IMG/VR virus record: IMGVR_UViG_3300021963_000034
Location: 32,001 to 96,000 of that record
DNA length: 64,000 nt
Origin: a virus
Reading direction: 5' to 3' (one strand)
Shown here: piece after piece, positions 27,725 through 37,300 of the stretch
Layout: each line of letters opens with the position of its first letter
Numbering within the stretch: the stretch's first letter is position 1
Notes under the pieces: generated by a model
What the model was told of the DNA's origin: nothing
Seen by the model: the letters and a program-made list of their open reading frames with translations, nothing else
Databases searched by the model: none
Translations under genes and position numbers: made by a program

Positions 27725-28867
27725 ATGGCAGACCAATATAGAGATACCTGTGTAGACAGGCAAAATAAAACTAGAAAATCTTTTAAAGGAAACCCTCTTG
27801 ATCCAATTAGAATTTCTTTCTATGATAAAGATGGACAAAAGATTAATGATGTAACTAGAAGTGAAGCAAATTGTATTGCAAAAGAAAATCCACAGCAAAA
27901 ATTTTATTATCAAGATGGTGGTGGATATCAAAGAGAGTTACTTATTGGTCAAGTAAATGCTTTATCTATTTTAGATTCTTTACCAAAAGCACCTAATTGT
28001 CCATCAAATCCACAACCTTGTGGTCCACCAAGAGTTCAGTTTTTTGGTGGTATGGGATTGGGAGCAATGGCAAATACAATAATCAGTCCAAATTCTAAAT
28101 CAATTATTGGATTTGATATTGTAAATCCTGGATTCAATTATCTAAATCCTCCTTTTGCAAATCTTGTTGATGAATGTGGAAATGGATCTGGTGGAAATTT
28201 ATTAGTTCAGACTAGACCTTATAGTGGAGGAGATCCTACTAAGGGAGGTCTAGAAATAAAGAACATTGTTATTACTGCTCCTGGAGATGGTTATCTTCCT
28301 GCACCTGACGGGTCTCTAGGTGGAAATGGAAGAGTGTGGAAATATCCTGAGGAAGGATATGTTGAAAGGAGTGATGGAAGCATCTATATAGTTCCTTCCG
28401 GTGCTATACCTGAAAATTTACCAGTTGGAGATAAATTTTATCCACCGGAATTACCGAGAACACAACCCACAATAAATACTTTGCCGACAACATATCCAGT
28501 AGTAGCTCAACTTGATGAAATATTTGTGGCAGATCCTGGATTTGGGTATGAACCTGGCGATACTTTGCAGGTGCTTGCTTCTGATGGTACAACCGGAGGA
28601 GCTGAATTGAGACCTGTTATAAATGACAGAGGAGAAATAATTCAAGTTAAAGTTATAAAACCGGGAATAGGATTTGTTGATCTTCCTGAGATTATTATAG
28701 ATTCTTCTAGAGGTTATAATGCAAAATTAATACCTGTATTAAAAGTAATTCCGTTGAGTCAACTTCCTGATCCAGCAGTAATTCCGCGATCAACTGCAGT
28801 AATTTCTGTTGTTGATTGTGTTGGTAGAATACTACCAAGAGAGACCTTTGATGTAGTACCGAGATGA
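27725..28867 (+). CDS. Baseplate / gp5-associated beta-repeat protein
   Basis: CGPPRVQFFGG; repeated (V/I)xxPGxGY; ISVVDCVG. Confidence 0.7.
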   Translation: MADQYRDTCVDRQNKTRKSFKGNPLDPIRISFYDKDGQKINDVTRSEANCIAKENPQQKFYYQDGGGYQRELLIGQVNALSILDSLPKAPNCPSNPQPCGPPRVQFFGGMGLGAMANTIISPNSKSIIGFDIVNPGFNYLNPPFANLVDECGNGSGGNLLVQTRPYSGGDPTKGGLEIKNIVITAPGDGYLPAPDGSLGGNGRVWKYPEEGYVERSDGSIYIVPSGAIPENLPVGDKFYPPELPRTQPTINTLPTTYPVVAQLDEIFVADPGFGYEPGDTLQVLASDGTTGGAELRPVINDRGEIIQVKVIKPGIGFVDLPEIIIDSSRGYNAKLIPVLKVIPLSQLPDPAVIPRSTAVISVVDCVGRILPRETFDVVPR

Positions 28868-29442
28868 CAAAATCCAAAAATTACGAAACAAAAAGAACAG
28901 GTACAAAAGATGGACAAATATCTTTTGGACATATTCATGGAGATCAAGTAAAGTCTTCTGTTATGGTTCAGGGACAAGAAGCACTTGAATATATTTCTAT
29001 TGATCAAACTGAACCAAGAAAACGCTGGATGACATCAAGATGTCGTGGAAGATATCAAGTTAAATGTGGTGATGATATTCCTAAGGATCAGGTTGGGATG
29101 TGGTTTAATGCGGATAGAAGTGATATACTAATTCAAACCAGAGGTAGACTTAGATTAGAAGCGGAAAATATTGACATAATTGCTCGTGGGCCTGATGCCA
29201 CTAAAGGTGTGGTTAATATTATTTCAAATGAAAGTGTTAATGTTGAAACTAAAAAGTTTACAGTTAATGCAAATGAGACTATCAGTTTATATACTGATGG
29301 AGAAATGCTGCAGAGCGCAATAAATATTATGAAAATGTACGCTGGAAGTATTCAAAAAATGACTTCCATGAGTGCTATAAAGTCTCCTTCTCAACCGATT
29401 TTGAAGAATTTACTTCAGTTAACAAAACAATTCCCAAATTAA
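28864..29442 (+). CDS. gp5 C-terminal beta-helix-like spike protein
   Basis: GRLRLEAENIDIIA; beta-strand repeats. Confidence 0.6.
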   Translation: MTKSKNYETKRTGTKDGQISFGHIHGDQVKSSVMVQGQEALEYISIDQTEPRKRWMTSRCRGRYQVKCGDDIPKDQVGMWFNADRSDILIQTRGRLRLEAENIDIIARGPDATKGVVNIISNESVNVETKKFTVNANETISLYTDGEMLQSAINIMKMYAGSIQKMTSMSAIKSPSQPILKNLLQLTKQFPN

Positions 29443-29448
29443 AAAATT

Positions 29449-30483
29449 ATGTCAAGTTCAAGCGATTTTGAATTAATTCATGGACAACTTCATGTTTGTG
29501 ATCGGGTTAATGATAAACCTTTAACCCCGGAAGCATTAGGTAGAGGTACTTGCAATATTAGAGGTGCTGCCTATTTTCAGTCTCCCACAATTTTGGGAAA
29601 TGATAAGACCTTTGATGCGACTGAAGCGACCGTTATGATAGGTCCTTTGAAAAATTTAGATGCACCTTTTCCTATTGTTTGTGGAAACTTGGAATTCATA
29701 GACAAATGGGAAATTAGTCCCTGCTCAAACGTCGGAGTTGGGAAGGGAATGGAAAAAGGTAAAGAACTTTTGAATCCATATTCTTTAGTTGTTCGTAAAG
29801 GACGACCAATAGTAGAGGGTCCAGAATGTTGTGCTCCAAAATGCGAAGGTCCTAGAAAAGGTCCAGCTGCCGCGATGTTTATTGGTGATGTTGATTTTTA
29901 TGAGAACGTAAGAATTAAAGAAAAATTATCTGTTGTTGATAAAGCAGATTTTTATGATGATATTGTAGTTAGGCAAAATGTCATTACTGGTAAAAATGGA
30001 TGTTTTGGTGGAACTCTAGATGGTACTCCGACAGGAAGATTACTTGCGAGAATTGAAGTAGCAGATGCTAGACCAAAACCATTTGATATGGTTCATCCAT
30101 CACTTGGGAAAGGTCATCGTCTTCGTTATGCTTGTATTGAGGGCCCTGAAGTTGGTGTATATTTTAGAGGTAGAGTAACGAATAAAACTGAGATTGAACT
30201 TCCCTGGTATTGGAAGGACTTGGTGCATACTAGAAGTATTTCTGTTCAACTTCAACCAATAGGATCTCATCAAGATATTATTGTAAAAAGATGGGACGAT
30301 CAAAAAATATATCTTCAGTCAAAGAGTGGAATTCCTATTGATTGTTTTTATCATGTCTATGCAGAAAGGAAAGATGTTAATGCACTTGTTGTTGAATATG
30401 ATGGCAACGAATGGAGTGATTATCCTGATAAAGATTATAACGATCCTCAATATGCGAATAAGGTAAACACTAAGACGTTGTGA
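29449..30483 (+). CDS. Baseplate spike-associated protein with C-terminal chaperone-like domain
   Basis: KPFDMVHPS..LRYACIEGPEVGVYFRG..IELPWYW..CFYHVYAERKD. Confidence 0.7.
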   Translation: MSSSSDFELIHGQLHVCDRVNDKPLTPEALGRGTCNIRGAAYFQSPTILGNDKTFDATEATVMIGPLKNLDAPFPIVCGNLEFIDKWEISPCSNVGVGKGMEKGKELLNPYSLVVRKGRPIVEGPECCAPKCEGPRKGPAAAMFIGDVDFYENVRIKEKLSVVDKADFYDDIVVRQNVITGKNGCFGGTLDGTPTGRLLARIEVADARPKPFDMVHPSLGKGHRLRYACIEGPEVGVYFRGRVTNKTEIELPWYWKDLVHTRSISVQLQPIGSHQDIIVKRWDDQKIYLQSKSGIPIDCFYHVYAERKDVNALVVEYDGNEWSDYPDKDYNDPQYANKVNTKTL

Positions 30484-31046
30484 AAAGATTGATTTATATT
30501 GAGGAAAATTTTTTAGACGCAGTAGCGTGTAAATCGTTTATAGATTTTGCTATTGAAAATAAGGATAAAGAATTGCCATATGGTAATGAAAGTAGAGGTG
30601 GAGATACTTTTATTACTAATTTAGATTGTGGTGGTAACCTTTATCAAGGAGGAGTGCCTGATTGTATAGACTTAAATGGTGTAAAAAATCCAATAATTTC
30701 TTCAATTACAAAAATTTGCAAGTCTTTTGATGAAAATATTAAATTAGACTATGCGACGATCGTGAGATGGCCTGAAGGAACTTTTATGAAACCTCATTAT
30801 GATAACTCCTATCAAGATAATCCTGATGTTTTTGCTGCTCTAGTGTACCTAAATGATTCTTATAGTGGTGGATATACTTGCTTTGAGGACTTTGAAGTGA
30901 AACCACAATTAGGAAAACTAGTTATATTTTCCAACTCCCAATATCTTCATCATGTTACAAAAGTTGAGGACAGCGAAAGATTTGTTCTTTCCCTCTGGTA
31001 CAGTGGGTTGACACGGACCCTTGACCGTGCTATGATACATGGGTAA
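30480..31046 (+). CDS. 2OG-Fe(II) oxygenase
   Basis: PHYDN, LVYLND.YSGG, YLHHVTKV..SERFVL. Confidence 0.9.
   Translation: MKRLIYIEENFLDAVACKSFIDFAIENKDKELPYGNESRGGDTFITNLDCGGNLYQGGVPDCIDLNGVKNPIISSITKICKSFDENIKLDYATIVRWPEGTFMKPHYDNSYQDNPDVFAALVYLNDSYSGGYTCFEDFEVKPQLGKLVIFSNSQYLHHVTKVEDSERFVLSLWYSGLTRTLDRAMIHG
31008..31036 (+). promoter_or_regulatory. Sigma70 early promoter
   Basis: TTGACA-17 nt-TATGAT with TGn; -35 inside GGGT..ACCC stem. Confidence 0.7.
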
Positions 31047-31061
31047 TCAACGGACGACCGA

Positions 31062-31244
31062 ATGCAAGACGAGTACCTCTCACGCTGCGTGGTGGACCCT
31101 ATCAAGCGTACAGTGTATCTGTATTCTAACGAAGGGTCAGAGAAGCAAGTGACCTGTGATACAGTAGAAGAATTTATGAATGTGCTAGAGTTTGTTCGTT
31201 CTGCAGTGGATGAAGAGACTCTCTCATACGCAAATCCACTTTAA
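31062..31244 (+). CDS. Conserved cyanophage hypothetical protein
   Basis: YLYSNEGSEKQVTCDTVEEFMNVL. Confidence 0.7.
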   Translation: MQDEYLSRCVVDPIKRTVYLYSNEGSEKQVTCDTVEEFMNVLEFVRSAVDEETLSYANPL

Positions 31245-31307
31245 TTTCCATTTTTGGTCCAAAAATTTTCCCGGTAAAAATTGCCCTTATTACTTTTTTG
31301 AAAAAGT

Positions 31308-31511
31308 ATGGTTTATAAAATTTCATACAAAGACCTCAAAGAGGAACCAGTCAAAACCACTCCCGAAAATGTAAAAGAGTCAAATGAAGCACTCTTTACA
31401 GCAAAGTGGAATCTCCCTAAAGCAGCAAAGCACTGTGGAATGTCACAAAAAGAAATGAAGTTGACATTCTGGGAATATATCAAGTATAATCCTAGTACTT
31501 ACCAAGCGTAA
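31308..31511 (+). CDS. Small HTH-like protein
   Basis: WNLPKAAKHCGMSQKEMKLTF. Confidence 0.65.
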   Translation: MVYKISYKDLKEEPVKTTPENVKESNEALFTAKWNLPKAAKHCGMSQKEMKLTFWEYIKYNPSTYQA

Positions 31512-31518
31512 GTTTTTT

Positions 31519-31800
31519 GCGAGTATGGTGGAATCGGTAGACACACCAGACTTATGAAAATTGAGCCTCATTTAGGAAACTTTATGAGTGTAATTCCTCA
31601 AATTCGGTGAAACCTGTAAAATGGCAATACCGAGCCAAGCATCGCAAGATGAAGGTGTAGAGACTAGACGGGGAACACCTAAACCAAAAGGTATGGTGAA
31701 GGTATAGTCCAGACCACAAACCGAAAGGGTAGTGAAAACTATAGTGGTACGAAAATCTGTTGGGCGTATGCCCGTGGGAGTTCAAGTCTCCCTACTCGCA
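31519..31800 (+). tRNA. trnL: tRNA-Leu(UAA) interrupted by a group I intron; exons 31519-31553 and 31752-31800
   Basis: Acceptor GCGAGTA/TACTCGC; spliced anticodon arm CAGA-CTTAAAA-TCTG; variable arm GGGC-gtat-GCCC; T-loop TTCAAGT; no encoded CCA. Confidence 0.93.
31554..31751 (+). mobile_element. Group I (IC3-type) intron, 198 nt, no internal ORF
   Basis: Inserted at U^AA; P1 CTT/GAG with U.G; P AATTCGGTGAAA, Q AATACCGAGC, R GTAGAGACTAGA, S GGTATAGTCC; terminal G. Confidence 0.92.
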
Positions 31801-31843
31801 TTAGAGTTCATACTCTAAATAAACAAAAGTAAGGGACTATTCT

Positions 31844-32113
31844 ATGAAATACAGAATAGATGCCAGATATGTTTGGTATAACAAAGGATCAATGGTTGTT
31901 CTTATGTATTTCATAAACCAGATTCCTTTTACTTTTGATGAACTCCCTGACGAATCTATATTTGACTTGGAGTTAGTAGAATTAGCAGACAAAGAAAGAA
32001 GGTTTGAACCAGAAGATCTATACCAGTCTTCTTACTATCTAATGATGGAAGAATGTCATCCTTTATTATACGAACTTGATCTGGAAAATCCTGAAATGTT
32101 GCCTGTTGATTAA
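31844..32113 (+). CDS. Conserved cyanophage hypothetical protein
   Basis: VLMYFINQIPFTFDELP; late TAAATA upstream. Confidence 0.7.
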   Translation: MKYRIDARYVWYNKGSMVVLMYFINQIPFTFDELPDESIFDLELVELADKERRFEPEDLYQSSYYLMMEECHPLLYELDLENPEMLPVD

Positions 32114-32154
32114 GTTTGTAACTATAATAAATAGTTACAAATCATATTTAAAAT

Positions 32155-32511
32155 ATGAAAACCTGTACTAAATGTGGACTATCCAAATCACTAACAGAAT
32201 TTCACTCTGCTGGTATAATAGATGGTAAAAAATATCTTCGTGGTGAATGCAAAGTTTGTCAGAAGAAAGTTGTAAAAGCAAGGACAAAATCTATTAAAGA
32301 AGATTATGTTTCTTGGAAAAAAACTTTGAAGTGTACCAGGTGTGGGTTTTCTGATTATCGTGCCCTCCAATTTCATCATATTGATGAAAAAGAGCATACT
32401 ATTGCAAATATGTTCCGTGGTGGATTTTCTCTAGAAAGTATAAAAAAAGAAGCAAAAAAGTGTGAAGTTCTTTGCGCCAACTGCCACCAAATACACCATT
32501 CGCCCCTATAG
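32155..32511 (+). CDS. HNH endonuclease overlapping tRNA-Thr
   Basis: CTKC..ECKVC; CTRCG..ALQFHH..KCEVLCANCHQIHH. Confidence 0.88.
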   Translation: MKTCTKCGLSKSLTEFHSAGIIDGKKYLRGECKVCQKKVVKARTKSIKEDYVSWKKTLKCTRCGFSDYRALQFHHIDEKEHTIANMFRGGFSLESIKKEAKKCEVLCANCHQIHHSPL

Positions 32512-32574
32512 CATAACGGTTACTGCATCCGCCTTGTAAGCGGAAGATTTTCGGTTCGATTCCGAATGGGGGCT
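32502..32574 (+). tRNA. trnT: tRNA-Thr(UGU)
   Basis: Acceptor GCCCCTA/TGGGGGC; anticodon arm TCCGC-CTTGTAA-GCGGA; T-arm TTCGG-TTCGATT-CCGAA. Confidence 0.88.
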
Positions 32575-32592
32575 CTGAGTTCTATAACTCCA

Positions 32593-32751
32593 ATGTCACT
32601 TATTTCACAACAAGACCGCCAAATGGTCATTGAAGCACTTGAATATTATGTTCAAAAACTTAAGGAAGATAACTGCACTCCTGCCTCTATCAGTGCATTC
32701 CAAACCCTCCTTAACTGGGTCGAACTGGAGCATTTCAAGCATGAAAATTAA
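32593..32751 (+). CDS. Hypothetical protein
   Basis: MSLISQQDRQMVIEALEYY. Confidence 0.6.
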   Translation: MSLISQQDRQMVIEALEYYVQKLKEDNCTPASISAFQTLLNWVELEHFKHEN

Positions 32752-32914
32752 TCTTTGGTATTGTAAAGACATGAAACAGTGGCGTTGGGTTTTAACTGAT
32801 GATAGTAGACCTATTCTTAAACAGGAATCTGGTCAGCAACCATTTCTCCGTGATGCTATGAATGATGTGGCAAATACTGTAGAATATATGTTAGAATGCA
32901 AACAAAGTGAGTAA
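32741..32914 (+). CDS. Hypothetical protein
   Basis: MKINLWYCKDMKQWRWVL; GGAG RBS. Confidence 0.65.
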   Translation: MKINLWYCKDMKQWRWVLTDDSRPILKQESGQQPFLRDAMNDVANTVEYMLECKQSE

Positions 32915-32916
32915 TT

Positions 32917-33004
32917 GGAGGCAGCAACTAGTGTCTTGGCGGATTTAGTTGCGTAAGGCCTCCTTTTATAGTATAATAAATAATAATAGTCAACGCCAAG
33001 ACAC
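32917..33004 (+). promoter_or_regulatory. Hairpin/pseudoknot occluding the endonuclease start, with a late promoter between the partners
   Basis: GGAGGC/GCCTCC and GCAACTA/TAGTTGC stems; loop GTGTCTTGGCG(32931-41) complementary to CGCCAAGACAC(32994-33004); ATAAATA at 32976. Confidence 0.75.
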
Positions 33005-33005
33005 A

Positions 33006-33572
33006 ATGAACGAATACTACACTTACGCATATTTGCGTGAAGACGGAACACCTTACTACATTGGCAAAGGTAAAGGAAGAAGAGTTTATAATAGTCACAT
33101 TAGACAAAACAAAACAAATTTAAAACCTAAAGATAGTAGTAGAATTCTTCTTTTAAAGAAAAATCTTACAGAAGAGGAAGCAAGTAAACACGAAATTTAT
33201 ATGATTTATGTGTTTGGAAGAAAAGATTTAGGAACTGGTATTCTTCGTAATATGACTAATGGTGGAGATGGAATATCTGGATATTCTCATACCGAAGAAA
33301 CTAAAAAACTTCTTTCAGAAAAAACTTCTGGAAAAAATCACACTTGGTATGGGAGGGAACATACCGAAGAATCAAAAAGGAAAATGAGAGAATCTAGTAA
33401 AAATAGAGAAAGAAAACCTCATAGTGAAGAAACAAAAAAGAAAATGAGGGAGTCTGCTAAAAAATATTGGAAAGATGTAGGTAGAAATATTAATGGGGAA
33501 AATAATCCCTTTTATGGAAAATCACACAGTGAAGAAACTAAGAAAAAAATAGGAGATAATGTTAGGAAATGA
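33006..33572 (+). CDS. GIY-YIG-like (Seg-type) homing endonuclease with NUMOD3 repeats
   Basis: YYTYAYLREDGTPYYIGKGKGRR; LRNMTNGGDG; four H(T/S)EE(T/S)K repeats. Confidence 0.9.
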   Translation: MNEYYTYAYLREDGTPYYIGKGKGRRVYNSHIRQNKTNLKPKDSSRILLLKKNLTEEEASKHEIYMIYVFGRKDLGTGILRNMTNGGDGISGYSHTEETKKLLSEKTSGKNHTWYGREHTEESKRKMRESSKNRERKPHSEETKKKMRESAKKYWKDVGRNINGENNPFYGKSHSEETKKKIGDNVRK

Positions 33573-33590
33573 GTACAAATACTTAGTTTT

Positions 33591-34232
33591 ATGAAAAGTG
33601 ACTTCTATATAGAAAGAGTGACCAAAAAGGAACTTGAATCACTCCTTTTAACTTATCATTATCTTAAAGATGAGAGTAAAACATACAAGTCGGGTTTCAA
33701 CTATGGACTTTATAGAAACACTTTCACAGATGTCCTTAGAATTGGCAACTGTCTTGGTGCTTGCATTTTTACTGGTCTCCCAGTTCCAGAAATAGCAAAA
33801 GGAGCATTTGGATTAAATCGTAATGAACAACAAGGACTTTTCGAACTTTCAAGACTTTGCATCGAACCTAGTACGCAGTCACGAGAATATAACATCACTT
33901 CTTGGTTTGTGTCAAAGGCGATTAGACAACTTCGAAAAGATACTGAAGTTAAAGCAATCCTTTCTTATGCTGATTCAAATCACCATTCTGGTACAATTTA
34001 TCGCGCTTGCAACTTTAAGTATTACGGTCTCACGGATCGAAAAAAAGATTTCTATTATTCAGACGGAACTAAACACTCTCGCGGAAAAGTAAAAGGTTCT
34101 GAAGGTGAGTGGAAAGAAAGAAGTAGGAAGCACAGATACTTAATGGTATTTGATAAAAAACTTCAAAAAAGGTTGACTTGGAAAGAAGAGTCGTGGTATA
34201 ATAATCAAGACGATACTGAATCGTTACAGTGA
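33591..34232 (+). CDS. Mom-like GNAT DNA-modification enzyme
   Basis: YHYL, ELSRLC, SWFVSKAIRQL, ILSYAD..HSGTIYRACNF. Confidence 0.8.
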   Translation: MKSDFYIERVTKKELESLLLTYHYLKDESKTYKSGFNYGLYRNTFTDVLRIGNCLGACIFTGLPVPEIAKGAFGLNRNEQQGLFELSRLCIEPSTQSREYNITSWFVSKAIRQLRKDTEVKAILSYADSNHHSGTIYRACNFKYYGLTDRKKDFYYSDGTKHSRGKVKGSEGEWKERSRKHRYLMVFDKKLQKRLTWKEESWYNNQDDTESLQ

Positions 34233-34250
34233 CCCAAAAAGTGTGACTTC

Positions 34251-34275
34251 AAAACCTCCTTTTGGAGGTTTTGTT
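34251..34275 (+). terminator. Intrinsic terminator
   Basis: AAACCTCC-tttt-GGAGGTTT-TGTT. Confidence 0.75.
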
Positions 34276-34317
34276 GTATGATAAATAATCCATAACGGAA
34301 CTATAAGTATTAATAAG

Positions 34318-37300
34318 ATGGGTCTTTCACGTCTCGATAATTTTCTGAAATCAGTACGCGGAACGATTTTATATGTTGATCCAAATAGTATTGACTCTAC
34401 AGATAGCATTGAAAATCAGGGCAATAGTTTAACTAGACCATTTAAAACAATTCAACGCGCACTTATTGAGGCAGCAAGATTCTCATATCAAAGAGGATTG
34501 GATAATGATAGATTTGGAAAAACAACAATTCTTCTTTATCCTGGAGATCATATTGTAGATAATCGTCCTGGATGGATACCATTTGAATCTAATAATTATT
34601 TGCTTAGAAGTGGAGCAACTTCTAATGTATTTCCTCCATTCGATTTAACATCAAATTTTGATTTAACTTCTCAAGATAATCAACTTTATAAATTAAATTC
34701 AATACATGGTGGAGTTATAATCCCAAGAGGAACTTCTATTGTTGGTTTAGATCTTAGAAAAACTAGAATTAGACCACTCTATGTGCCAAATCCTGAAAAT
34801 AATAATATTGAAAGATCTGCAATTTTTAGAGTAACTGGATCTTGTTATTTTTGGCAATTTACTTTCTTAGATGCAGATCCTAATGGTGTATGTTATAAAG
34901 ATTATACTACAAATACTTTTGTTCCTAACTTTTCTCACCATAAATTGACTGCATTTGAATATGCGGATGGTGTAAATTCTGTGAACATTGCAGATGACTT
35001 TTTGATATATTCTGCTGAAAGAACTGACTTGGATATGTATTATGAAAAAGTTGGTCTTGCATATGGACAAGCATCTGGAAGAGAAGTTCAACCAGATTTC
35101 CCTGTTGCTGGAATTAATATTCAGTCAAAAGTTGATGAATATCGTATTGTAGGATCTCGTGGTGCTGAGATTGGTATTTCAAGTATTCGTGCTGGAGATG
35201 GAGTAACTGCAACCACAACTATCACTGTAGACCTACAAGAAGTTCTTCCTGGACTAGACGTAGATACTCCAATTAGAATTGAAGGTGTAGGCGTAGATGG
35301 TTATGATGGACAGTTTGTTATCAGTGAAGTCAATAGTCCAACTCAAATTTTATATAAAGTTCAAAACCCACCATTACAAGCACTTCCTTCCCTCACCAAC
35401 GCAACATTAAATATAACAATTGATACTGTTACTTCAGCATCTCCATATATTTTCAACTGTTCGCTAAGATCCGTTTATGGTATGTGTGGAATGCTTGCTG
35501 ACGGAAGCAAAGCGGATGGATTTAAGAGTATGATTGTCGCCCAGTTTACTGGTGTCGGTCTTCAAAAAGATAATAGAGCGTTTGTAAAATATAATTCTTC
35601 ATCGGGAACATATGAAGACTTCACTGCATTTGGTAACGAAAATATTCAATCTGATAGTCGAGCAGTATATAAACCTTCTTATGAAAATTTTCACATCAAA
35701 TGTCAAAATGATGCATATATCCAAGTAGTATCTGTATTTGCTATTGGATATGCTGGTCAATTTGTTGTAGATACTGGTGGAGATCAATCCATCAATAACT
35801 CAAATTCAAACTTTGGAGCAAAAGCTCTTGTAGCAAAAGGTTTTAGAAATAGTGCATTCTCCAGAGATGATGTTGGATATATTACTCACGTTATTCCTCC
35901 CAAGTTCTTAGAAACTACAGAGGTAAATGTTGAATATGATTCTATCGATGTTAGTAAGACCGTAAGTGTTGGAAATACAAGTAGATTATATCTTTATAAC
36001 CAAAATAATCAAGGCGTTTCTCCAGAAGGTGTTATAGAAGGTTATCGTTTAGGTGCCAAAATTAATGATACTCTTAATGTTTTAATTAACCAAGGAGGAA
36101 GTGCAACTGAGTATTCTTCTAAAATTGTCATGCCAAGCAGTGAAAATACTGCTTCAGAAAAGAAATTTATTGTGGGAAGAAGCACTGTAGGAATTAATAG
36201 TATTGCATCAAATACTATTACATTCACAAAGTATCATACTTTTGAAAATGGAGAAACTGTTCGTGTAATATCTAATACAGGTCAACTTCCAGATGGATTA
36301 GAACCAAATCAAACTTACTATGCAATTACTTCTGGTGTTGGTACTGATAGAATAAAACTGGCAAAAACTCTCAATGATGCAATTAGTTTAAATGCTCTTA
36401 CTATTAATAGTAAAGGTGGAGTTCTAAATGTTATCAGTAGAGTTTCTGATAAAAAACCTGGAGATTATGGACATCCTATTCAATATGACACTACAAACTC
36501 TCAGTGGTATGTAAATGTTTCTTCAGCATCAACCGAAAATACAATTTATCCTACAATTGTTGGGTTGGGAACAACTGTTCTTGGTTCTGCAACTCCTAGA
36601 ACATATATTAAGAGAAATCCTGATACAAGAAGTGTAATTGATACTGCATATAGACTCCGTTATGTAATTCCAGCAGATTCAACTCTCTCCGGTCGTATAC
36701 CAATTGAAGGATATGTAATTCAAGAATCAAATAGTTCTATTGGATCTTTAAACGCAGAAGTTGGATATCAATTCCATCCAACAGGTGCAACACTTTCTAA
36801 TTCTACTCAACTAAGAAATCCAAGAATTATTGCGAATGCAAGTTGGTCTTCTGGTACTGCAAGAATAGTAACAGAACTTCCTCACGACCTTCAGGTTGGA
36901 TCTACTGTTGAAATAGTAAACATTAAGAGTACTAATAATACTGCGGGAATCGCTAATACTGCTTACAATGGCACATTTTCCATTTCTGGAATTAGTAGTG
37001 CAAAACAATTTACTGTGAGCATTCCAAATAATCCAGGAACATTCACAAACGATACCTCAACTAGAACAACATCTCTACCATATTTTAGAAAAAAACAGTT
37101 TAAAAATACTTATATTGTCTATAAGAGTCAGGAAATCCAAAAGTACATTCCTGGTGAAAGGGATGGAATATATCATTTGATTGTTGTTAATGCATCAAAT
37201 TCGCCTTCAATATCTCCATTTGAAAACGAAAAGTTCTTACAACCAATTCAAAATCTATACCCACAAACAAATAGAGATAATCCAAACTCAGATCCAAAAG

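Noticed and set aside
31582-31785. 67-aa minus-strand ORF as an intron-encoded endonuclease
   Set aside because: Antisense to the intron core and tRNA exon; no nuclease motif
32949-33005. TTG-start extension of the GIY-YIG-like gene
   Set aside because: It overlaps the regulatory hairpin and late promoter; ATG 33006 fits the domain start
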